This document shows, in pieces, positions 24,101-33,138 of a stretch of 33,138 nucleotides of DNA. A program made the translations under genes and the position numbers. Position 1 is the stretch's first letter. Each line of letters begins with the position of its first letter. Location: NCBI GenBank assembly GCA_001642005.1, contig LWCA01000296.1, forward strand, positions 1-33,138, given 5' to 3'. Under the pieces are notes generated by a model. That model did not search any database. It worked only from the letters and a program-made list of their open reading frames with translations, and was not told the DNA's origin. The DNA is from Intoshia linei (lineage: Eukaryota > Animalia > Orthonectida).

Positions 24101-25634
24101 GTAAAAATATAGCCAGGATAGATGAACTCACATTAATATATTATGATATATGTTATACGTATAATTTTTAATATAATGTTTTTAAATTAGATATAATTAC
24201 CAATAACCAAAAAAATATGAACGAAGAAGTATCTCTTTTTAAAAAGCCAATTTGGTTTAAAAACGTTGAAAGAGAATATTGGGCATGTCGTAAGAATGCA
24301 GGAATTTTAGATATGTCTTCTTATTCTAAGGCTGAAATTAGTGTAAGTGGTTTGTTTTTTTGATATTTATTTTTACATGTGTCTAACTTGTAATTATTAT
24401 AATAATTAAATATTGCCTGTTATGCATTTGCGCTATTTTTTGAATAAATAGAATGTTTATTTTATTTTTTATTTTCAATTTTTTTATCTATAGTAAATAT
24501 CATGGTGCAATCTAAAAATTTAATTAACAGATGATATTTTTAATTGGTATTTTATGAGTATTTTTATTGATAGTTTTTTGTACAATTAAATAAAAAAATT
24601 GAAACATTTTATTCATTTTCATTTTTTAGAGTGAAAATGAGGAAGCTTTAAATTTACTACAATACATTTGTTCAAATGATGTTGACAAACCCGTTGGATC
24701 GGTTGTACACACTGGGATGTTGAATGAATTTGGTTAATTTTTAGCTAATCAATTTTTAATCATGTACATTTAGGTGGCTACGAAAATGATTGTTCTATTG
24801 TAAGATTAGGAAAGTATCGGTAAGCTATTCATTTTTAATTAACCTTTTTAAAATGATATTTTTTATTAATTGTTATTTATATATAAATACATATTCATTA
24901 ATTATTTTTATAAAAAAACGATTAGAAATTTTGAAACTAACGTCACAAATTATATATTTTTCATTTTGTTATTGACCAGGGGTGTCAGATTCAATTGGCT
25001 TGGCGGGCCAAATGCGAAAAAAATTATTACTAGGGCCACACAAAAAAATCTTTACTCAAAACATAATGTTAAAAATAACTGTTTTAATTAATTTATAATG
25101 ATTTAAATTCATAAAATGAAATAAACAATAATAATGTAATAAGCATACAAATAATGTTAAAATTGAATGTAAAATTGTAATCATGAATAAATAAATCATG
25201 AAAAATATATGAAAAAACTAAAAAAATATATTTATAAACAATTGCTATAAAATTAAAAATTTATATTATAAAGCACATTCCACAATTGGAGCTGCATAAT
25301 TTATCCTCTGTGATTGACGGAAGTAAAAAAAATTTAATTTTTTTCGTTTTACCACTGCTGGGAACACCTTATATTGTATATCATTTTACATTCTTGGCTC
25401 GAAATCAGGTGTAAATATATTTTTAGTTTTTTGATGATAAGTCCTACTATTCAACAACGTCGTTCATATTACTGGATTAAAAGACACATTAAACCCAATA
25501 GTCTCGTAAAGGACGTGGATTTAACATCAATGTATACTGTTTTGAATATAGTTGGCCCACATTCTCAAGAATTACTTCAATCTATAACCGAAACAAGTTT
25601 AGATGTGGTCAATTTCCCCAGTATGACTTCCAAG
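18121..25634 (+). CDS. PDPR: Pyruvate dehydrogenase phosphatase regulatory subunit-like mitochondrial flavoprotein (DAO + GCV_T family); 3' exons not found
   Basis: 14 phase-consistent exons (648 codons): 18121-18287, 18323-18453, 20401-20482, 21016-21097, 21892-22095, 22716-22827, 23132-23287, 23361-23485, 23540-23732, 23768-23950, 24191-24342, 24630-24732, 24774-24819, 25427-25634. Features: Arg-rich presequence, VVICGGGLIGSSIAYNL, VNCAG, ESFSPDGK, KRFIKLHNN, YERPLYF, DMSSYSK, CSNDVDKPVGSVVHTGMLNEFGGYENDCS, SPTIQQ. Confidence 0.88.
18485..18575 (+). pseudogene. Degenerate duplicate of PDPR exon 3 (pseudo-exon)
   Basis: Reads (G)FVRNGSIFL...RL, then after a frameshift/stop MRRFQGIAE. It is homologous to functional exon 3 (GYLKCGSLNLARSFDRLTLYKRIQDNL). 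The acceptor position is AC rather than AG. Confidence 0.5.
18915..19246 (-). repeat. Helitron-like dispersed repeat copy (5' part)
   Basis: Minus strand begins A|TCCTTTACTTTTATAAAATTGAATGTCTGTGTGTGTTACC, followed by blocks homologous to 2560-2690 and 4130-4370. Confidence 0.55.
19539..19947. mobile_element. hAT MITE
   Basis: Ends CAGGGGTTCTCAGC / GTTGGGAAACACTG; TSD TTATAATC / TTATAATA (7/8). Confidence 0.8.
21290..21470. repeat. Degenerate minisatellite
   Basis: Recurring TTCCCTTxAAAAxCCTACAAAATTT-like units at roughly 40-nt spacing. Confidence 0.5.
21565..21675. mobile_element. Truncated second copy (right end) of the 8053-8282 hAT MITE family
   Basis: TTGCCTAG...TTTAATGG...ATAAATTTTATA...GTCCG...GAAAAAA...GGAACCCCTG aligns with 8180-8282. 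Confidence 0.7.
22360..22700. mobile_element. TIR MITE with 5-bp TSD
   Basis: TIR CAGGGGCGGATCCAAG / CTTGAATCCGCCCCTG, flanked by CTGTA on both sides (22355-22359 and 22701-22705). Confidence 0.88.
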
Positions 25635-25698
25635 GTATTAATTAATTACATTAATTAAGCTGTTTCGACAAATATTGAGAAACCTATTATATAACTCG

Positions 25699-26391
25699 TC
25701 AATTCACTTCTCCTTTGATGTCTTCTAAAATACAGTGCATATTCGCAGAGCCGTTTTAAGGCATGGGCAATATGGGCTGTAGCCCAGGTCCACTCATTAA
25801 AAAAGGCCCTAAAATTAATAAAAGTACTTCACACTTATATCTTGAAAAGAGGCCCCAATTTATTAAAAAATACTTCACATTTATATCTTAAGAAACAGTT
25901 TATAAGTTTTGAAGTGTGGGAATTCAAATAGCTAGAAAGAAAATTGTTTAAAGAATCAAAGTTCGGGTAAACATTCAATTTAAAATATATTCTACAATGT
26001 TCATCATATAATATTGACATAAAAAGTGTTTCAAATGATAATATTAAACATTAAAACCTTTTTATTAAGTGAATATTCAAAAAATAAAGTAGGAAATCTT
26101 TGATTTTCAAAAAAGGGACCCTAATTTTTTTTTTGCTTCGCTCAAAACTTTAAAGGGCCTCCGGCCCTTTGTTTAGCCCAGGGTCACGAAGTGGCTTAAG
26201 ACAGCTCTGCATATTCGTAAATATAAGATTTTTCATGGAAATTTTCTTGGTCTTCTCAAACTCTGATTTTTGAATATCAAAGCTATAATCACATCTACAT
26301 ATACAATGTGGACTCCAACTTAGTTTTATTTACCTCTTACAAATATTTTTAAAGTAATAGACTTTGTTACCATCTAATAATGCAGCACTCC
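25699..26391 (-). pseudogene. Putative 3' end of an unidentified gene, interrupted by the 25746-26209 MITE
   Basis: AG-bounded exon 26391-26334 (SAALLDGNKVYYFKNICK), a 39-nt GT-AG intron, then an in-phase exon that reads through to TGA at 25701-25699 once the MITE and one TSD copy are removed. Confidence 0.35.
25746..26209. mobile_element. hAT MITE, 464 bp
   Basis: TIR CAGAGCCGTTTTAAG / CTTAAGACAGCTCTG; perfect 8-bp TSD CATATTCG; subterminal TAGCCCAGG repeats. Confidence 0.9.
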
Positions 26392-26636
26392 CTAAATCAG
26401 GGGTCAGCAACCTTTTGCGTCTCGTGGGCCACTTTTTTTTTATCAAAAAATTATACAGTTCCGTTTTTTAAAATTTACACATGATAAATTTCAATTTTAA
26501 CTGAAGAGAAACGGTTCTAGTATATTCAACAAAATAATATTAAGGTCGATCTAAAAATAGAGAGCAAAATGATTTTAATGAGCCAATTATGATAGAAAAA
26601 TGTTTAAAATTTAAAAAATTTAATAATAAATAATTT

Positions 26637-27361
26637 CAGTGGCGATTCTCCAACTTGGGATAGTCGGGCCAAGCCCGAGTTGATATTTTTTTATTTTTTG
26701 AAAAATTATAAAAATATTAAAAAAAATAAAATATTTAATATTTTCGATTGTTAAATTAATTTCTAATTTGTAAATATGAATACAATTATATATTCAGTCT
26801 GAAATTCAGAAAAGATTATTCACTTGACAATCACTTGTAAGCGAAATATTTGCATAAATGTTTAAATTAAATCAATTTAAATACACATAACTCGGGCACA
26901 TTTTCATTTGACTAGTAATAAATCTATAGATTAAATTTATATAGCGGAGTGCATCTGATAATAATGAGAAATTATTTATATTTTAGTTGTATTCACTTGA
27001 CAATCACTTGTAAGCGAAATATTTGCATAAATGTTTATATATGTAAATTAAATCAATTTAAATACAATAACTCGGGCAGATTTTCATTTGACTAGTAATA
27101 AATCTAGATTAAATTTATATAGCGGTTACATCTAAAATTTTATGAGAAATTATTTATATCTTAGTTATGTCAATTTTAAATATCGTTACAAAAAATTTGA
27201 ATCTTTATTTTCTATTTATAATTTTCAAATATAGTTTATAATTACTTCTTATTGTAAATTTTTTTTTGATATTTATTATTTTTAAATATAATTTGAAAAA
27301 AATGTGTGGTTGTCATAGAAATTTTAGCCCGAGTGATCTTGATTAGTCAGAGTCGCCACTA
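26637..27361. mobile_element. TIR element (hAT-like) with an internal tandem duplication
   Basis: TIR CAGTGGCGATTCT / AGAGTCGCCACTA, subterminal AGCCCGAGT repeats, and an internal ~173-bp duplication. Confidence 0.7.
26817..27167. repeat. Two-copy tandem duplication, ~173-bp period
   Basis: TATTCACTTGACAATCACTTGTAAGCGAAATATTTGCATAAATGTTT... starts at 26817 and again at 26990. Confidence 0.9.
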
Positions 27362-27644
27362 ATGGAAGATTACTTTTAATTAATTTAAATTTGGATTAAT
27401 TATATAATTTATTTCATATTGGCCAAAAATGTTTTATTAATAACTTTATCATCGCCCATGGTGGGAAATACGGATTTTGGTCGAAATGTTAGGTATCAGA
27501 CATTTGTCGTTTTTTTTTGGCCATGAATCAGAAAATTTGCATCTTTGTCGTTAACCTACCGAGATATTTATAGAAGTAAAAATACATCAACGACAAATTA
27601 ATTTTTAATGTACATTACATATTCGAGATTTGATGTTTTAAAAT

Positions 27645-30600
27645 TTAGTAAAAATTTTCTTCGTTATATACAAAGTCTTTTTTAATATTATCGTTATCAT
27701 CATCAGATTCATAAACATCAATTCTACATATATTATGAAATTGATATTTTTATAATTTACATTTTTTCTTCTGTTGAAGCCGAAGAGTATGATAATACAG
27801 CATCATTAATATCATTTTTAAAATTTGTAAAATCTACAACATCCAACTGGTGTATGGATAACAAAAAGGATTTTGCCAAATGTTTATAATTTGAAGGGTT
27901 GAGTTGATACCCCTAAATGCACATTAACTATGTAATATGGGAAAATTTTACATCATATATGCCTTCATTGAACCCACAAAAGGTACTTTCCATTGTGTAA
28001 CTGTTTTTAATTCCAAATTCTCTCCATAGGCAGATTCTTGCTGTAGATTCTTTAGATTTTTCTATGGCGAAATTGCTTTGTTTTAATGAAAATAACGATG
28101 TATACTTATTCAATAGGTGGCATATATTCTAAAAAAATTAGTTTCAATTATAATTTGTGAAGACTAAACAAAATTTACTAAAATCTATTTCTGACAATTT
28201 AAATGTACTCACATGACCCTGGCTGAGACCACTTAAATTGTTAATATTAGTGAATTATAAGTATAAAGGAAAGTAAATTAATCATCAATATCAGTAAAAA
28301 ACTAATCGAGTTACCTAAATATTATTCATTTTTATAACATTCTGGCTCTTTAGGGCAAAAAAATTAAACCATTTAAATTAAAATTATTTCATTTTTATAA
28401 TTCAATGCGAGAAAAGATTCTGAAATAGAATACAATAGTAGTTAAAACCATTTAAAAAATTATGATATTGACACTCATTTATTTTTTAAATTTATAAATA
28501 CAAAGTATTCACTTTTTTGAATTATAATAAAATCGGATCTCGGCTTTAGATACAACTTTTTGCAAAGTGTCCCAAAATCAGAAGTTTTATTAATTATCAA
28601 ATTTTTTATTATATGTTTAAATTATTGCAATATATTATACTATAATTATAGTATAATGTATATTAATTTATTATTATTATTATAATTTATACATAATTTA
28701 TTTTTTGGGATTACAGTCTAACCCGATTTAGGGTGTATTTTCAGCTAAATGCCAGTAAATAAAAATTTAAATCGAAGTAAATTATCTGACAAGTATTTTA
28801 ATAACCTGAGGTTTAATATGGTATTGTTATTTATTCTAAATTTACAAAATTTTTATAAAGTAAATTATGTATAAATTTTATATTTTAATTTTTTAATCTT
28901 TCAAAATATTAGCTACAAATTATTTCCAATTTTGTTTCATAGTAATCAGACAATAGATACAAACTACGCTTGAAATCATGACTGGAGGGCTAGGGTCAAA
29001 TAGACCGCTCTACAATTACGAGTTCCTTACTATTTTAATTTATTAATAGGTGATATTGGGAAATATCATTTTTATTTAACCAATGCGATTTCCAACTAAT
29101 ATGTTATTTTTAGACAAACGATCTATTAAACTATATCTGCTTGAAATAATAATTAAATATAATTTAAAATTAATGTAATCATTATAGGAATTATATTTAC
29201 AAAGTTTTTACAACAAAAGAGGGGTTAATTTCAAATATATATTTATGGTGGTGTTCTAAATACTATAAATCTACATAATACTGAAAATCTACACCTAAAT
29301 ACGAGTATACCACACTGAGGTTTACCCTAAAACGGGATAGGACTGTATATACCAGATGAGAAGTTTCTGGTTGATGGTAAATTAGTTTATCGGCAGGAGA
29401 CCAAGATTTCATGTGATCGCATCCAAATATAAATATGTTTTTCTGCCTTGAATGGCCATGAATGTCACATACAAACTAAAATAATATATATAAAAACATA
29501 AACATTAAGCGTATTTATAAATTTTATAGCATGAATTTTAATATTTGATTACTTCAATGGTATAATGTTTTTTTGCATATTTGATTAATTTTTTGGTATG
29601 GTATATTGTAGGATGTTTTTTTAGGCTTGGTTTGGTCCAACACCTATTTAAATCTTTACTGGACAAATTGCAACGTTGACTAAAAAAAATAAAAAATAAG
29701 CAAAATAAAATATTAAAGATACTTTCCAAGTAATACTCCATCGGGGTTTAACATTGGTATAATGATGAAATGATACTTTTTTTTCACTTCATCAGTGATT
29801 TGACTACTTTTATCCATCAAAGAGTTGATGATTTCTAAAATATTTATAAATGTTGCAATATGTATGTAATGTATAAATATAATTTAAAATACCCTTTACA
29901 ATGAAACTAGAATTTGACTCTCCTGGATGTACTCGAGAAGTTAAAAAAATGTATTTTTTCTCTGCAGCTAAATTAATGTAATCTTTTAAATTTAAATCGT
30001 GACTTACAAATAGTTTCTGGAGTAATTATCATAATTGGAACAGGATATCCTAGAATAGAATCGCATAACTTTAAAAATTTAACTTTTTGTGATGCACCAG
30101 TGTTTTTTTGCCAAGATGATACAGTCTTAATTAAATTGGTGTACGTGTATGGGTAATGGTAAGCTAAATAAACTACATCCCCAACGTGTTTGAATTTCAA
30201 GTTAAAAGATAAGGTATAATAATAACATTCGTCATAATTCTTATGTTTTTTACGATGTTTATCAGACACGTCTTTATCTTTCTCACAATCACTGCTATTT
30301 TTTTTTTTTTGTATTTTTGGATTTTTTTTTAATTTTATGGGACTGGATTTTATGAAAATATTTTCTTTTTTATTTTTAGTATTAACATTTTTTCCTCTTT
30401 TTTTATTGGTGTATATAGGACTGGGGCATATTGAATTTGTTTTTTCAGTTTTTACAGTTTTTTTCAAATTATCATCACTTTCGATTGGCGAATTTTTTTT
30501 TTCAATATCGGTTGTATTAACTCTCGCGTACATGTTTTTATAATAAAATAAATTTGTTCCAGCTCTCTTCCAAAAATTTTGGTTTTGGTTTGATTCTAAG

Positions 30601-31987
30601 AGTGAAAACATTAATGGCTGCATACCTAAATGTTATTGAATCAATATATGAAATGAAATTGAAGTTCAACCAAGGACAGCTTAAACCTTAAGTTAAGCTA
30701 AGCTGTCCTTGGTTCAACATAATATTACAGTAAATATAATAAATGTATAATTAAAATATAAAATTAATATGATATTTGTATTAAAACTGGGACCGAAAAC
30801 CTGTCGTTTTTAATTAATTTATGTCGTTTAACTTTAATTTACAAACCAACACCAAAAAAATTGTGCTTAAATTTACAAAATAATTTTAAATAGAACTCTT
30901 AAATATAATTATAATTTAAATCACATTTATCAATTTCATTTAGTGAAAAATGAGAAATTGACTTATGAAATTCTTTTTTAAAGTAAAATTTGAGAATTCT
31001 TTCCAAACAGTAAGACGTCATATTTTATAATGGTATATAAAAAGTGTTTAGACTAAACACCATATAATATATTTTAATATCGATTTTATATATACGTGAC
31101 CACCAGATTTTTAAATTTATAAAATGGATCAATTGTTAATACACGTTGCCCCGTATTACATTTACAAATTAAAATTTAAAATACCTGCGTTAAATTGACT
31201 TCCGTATTTTACACAGTTGATTATGTTAAATCGATAATTTACATTAGTATTTTTTATATTTGAAATTCTAAAGTAAAACCATTGTTGATATGAACATGTT
31301 GAAACGTCTGAATCGAGAATTAAATCGTATTCGTATTCTCGTATCTACATGGAATAATTTATTTACAAGAAAAACAGTGATTAGTCAACTAAATATTTTG
31401 GTAATAATAACTAAATTATAAATTATAAATTAAGCGATTGCTCCATAAATTCTATAGACTTATTTTTTTGTAAGATTTGTTAAAATTGGATTATTTTTCT
31501 TTTTATGTGTTTATATACAATATTTAAATAAAAAAATTCCATAGGTTGCCTTAGTCCATTCAAAAACACATTAAAGGCCGATAAACTCTGAGACGGTCTA
31601 ATTATTATAGTTAAGATGGCACAATTTAATAAATGTTGGTGTAAGAAAAATCGTTTATTAATTAAAATTATTTAGATAAATTTATTTACAGTAGATGAAT
31701 TTTCCTGGAAACATAAATTCTTACAAATGAAGTATCATGTCCATTATCACGTTTGCACGTACCGATAAGTTTCTGATAATCTCAGACTGAGATAAAACTT
31801 TATAAAAATTATTTTAACGGACACTTGGGATATTTCACGTAAATTTCATTTGGAAATGCCGATATAATGATTTCATTTATGATATCACTAATTTAAAAAT
31901 TCATTTACTTTGATAGCTTTGCGTAAATTTCCACATTCAAAACGAGATTCAAATTGCAAATCATCATGATCCAACAATTCATATAAT
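27645..31987 (-). CDS. AGTPBP1: Cytosolic carboxypeptidase 1 (Nna1/CCP1/4-like tubulin deglutamylase, M14D); 5' exons unresolved
   Basis: Exons 31987-31909, 31344-31185, 30625-30008, 29967-29893, 29834-29723, 29679-29553, 29475-29353, 28128-27952, 27912-27761, 27723-27645. Motifs [73 protein letters not shown]. Confidence 0.92.
28714..29345. mobile_element. Tc1/mariner-type MITE in a CCP intron
   Basis: Imperfect TIR CAGTCTAACCCGATTTAGGGT / ACCCTAAAACGGGATAGGACTG, with TA on both flanks. Confidence 0.75.
30671..30711. mobile_element. 41-bp TIR-only micro-element
   Basis: Inverted repeat CAAGGACAGCTTA...TAAGCTGTCCTTG, flanked by the direct repeat GTTCAAC. Confidence 0.65.
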
Positions 31988-32900
31988 CTAAATGAATGAA
32001 TTACAAATATACATTAATAGAAGTATGATAAATTATCATTGATAATATTTTCACCATAACGTCATAACGGACGTGTTGTTCAAAGGTACAGCAACAGATT
32101 TTTAGGTTTCCGGAGAAATTTGCTTTATTAATAAAAACTTATATGATTTAAACATGATCCTATGTAGAAAGAACCGAACACGTGGATGATGATATAGTCC
32201 CAAACCTATAATTATCATATCCTCATTATACCACCTACTAATGGCTTAAGTTTTCAGTGAAAACTTGTCACCAATATAAACTTTTACCTAAAACTTAAAA
32301 ATTACCATAATTAAACTAAAAAATAAACCTTAAACATAATATTTTATTTCTTATCTATTCAATTTAATTTTACAATATGTTAAATTTATAAAAATTTAAA
32401 AAATAAAATGTATTATGAATTTTAAATATTAAATATTTATGGACATTTTTTACCATTTATAATTAATTATTCACGGTATTAATATTAATATAATAAATTA
32501 ATATTATTATTGTTATACTCCTAAATTGAATATGAACACATTTAAAAGATTTGTGATCGATTAAAAAAAATTGTGACGCTCCTGCCTTACAGGGTTATAT
32601 AATGTATATAATTATAATATTATACATATAATAATATGTATATTGTTCTAAATCAAAATGGATATCATGAATATATTGAATTATTCACTAACTTAATTTT
32701 TGATAGTGATAGTGATTGCTCGCGAAATGACAAAAATCGATAACCGGGAAATTTAATTTTTAATTTCCCGGGAAAAATAAAAAATTTCTACTCATATATA
32801 ATATAGAAGCATTAAAAATTTTAGAGACAAACAGAAATTTAATTAGAAAAAAAATTATTTATTTTAGATTGTTGAAATTATAGAAGATTAGAGATTATAA

Positions 32901-33138
32901 TTATTTTTGAAAGCTTTGATGAAAATTAATTGTTAAATATTTAGTATGTAGTCCTTTAGAAGTGACAATGGACTTGATTCTTCTTGGAATACTCTGGTAT
33001 AGGTTTTGTATATAAGAATTTGGTATTTTATTCCATTCATCTAATGTGACCATCCATAAGTCTTCGACATTGCTTGGTTGTCTCATTTTAATATTTTGTT
33101 TTAATATGTGCCACATATTTTCTATGATATTTATATCA
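32901..33138 (-). mobile_element. Tc1-family (DD34E) transposase, C-terminal part, truncated by the window edge
   Basis: DINIIENMWHILK (cf. SPDLNPIENLW), W..IP...IQNLYQSIPRR, SKGLHTKY (cf. KGGxTKY). Confidence 0.85.

Noticed and set aside
24790-25091. Short + ORFs 24790-24975 and 24870-25091
   Set aside because: Intronic AT-rich sequence plus a hAT left end at 24977; no coding signal.
25835-26020. 61-aa minus-strand ORF
   Set aside because: Internal to the non-autonomous 25746-26209 MITE, with no transposase motif.
31690-31895. Coding-looking minus-strand frames ([21 protein letters not shown]; [19 protein letters not shown]) in a CCP1 intron
   Set aside because: Short, no recognisable homology, and the flanking CCP1 exons join correctly without them.
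32020-32290. Candidate upstream CCP1 exon(s)
   Set aside because: I could not identify a phase-2 donor with an open frame and CCP1 similarity. The 5' end is left unresolved.

Overview
Very AT-rich, intron-containing genomic DNA from an animal with a compact genome. The standard genetic code reads through, and introns are GT-AG, many only 34-45 nt. An orthonectid/Intoshia-like reduced metazoan is plausible but is inference only. I assembled six host genes by hand with phase-consistent splice sites: a class C GPCR (+, 795-5970; only the cysteine-rich remnant and 7TM are visible), an ARHGAP32/33-like PX-SH3-RhoGAP (+, 6163-11667), NCKAP1/Hem (-, 11717-17343, one intron), an intronless myosin regulatory light chain (-, 17434-17973), a PDPR-like flavoprotein (+, 18121-25634, 3' exons not found), and cytosolic carboxypeptidase CCP1/AGTPBP1 (-, 27645-31987, 5' end unresolved). 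The window ends cut a hAT transposon (left) and a Tc1 transposase (right). Long introns are packed with hAT, Tc1/pogo and Helitron-like non-autonomous elements. Most intriguing: the Rac/actomyosin genes RhoGAP, NCKAP1 and MRLC form a very tight cluster, and the 90-nt MRLC-to-NCKAP1 spacer has an operon/trans-splicing-like layout (stop, AATAAA, unpaired 3' splice acceptor abutting the ATG). Also notable are a decayed duplicate PDPR exon, a MITE-interrupted antisense gene relic, a 5-bp-TSD element and a 41-bp minimal TIR element.
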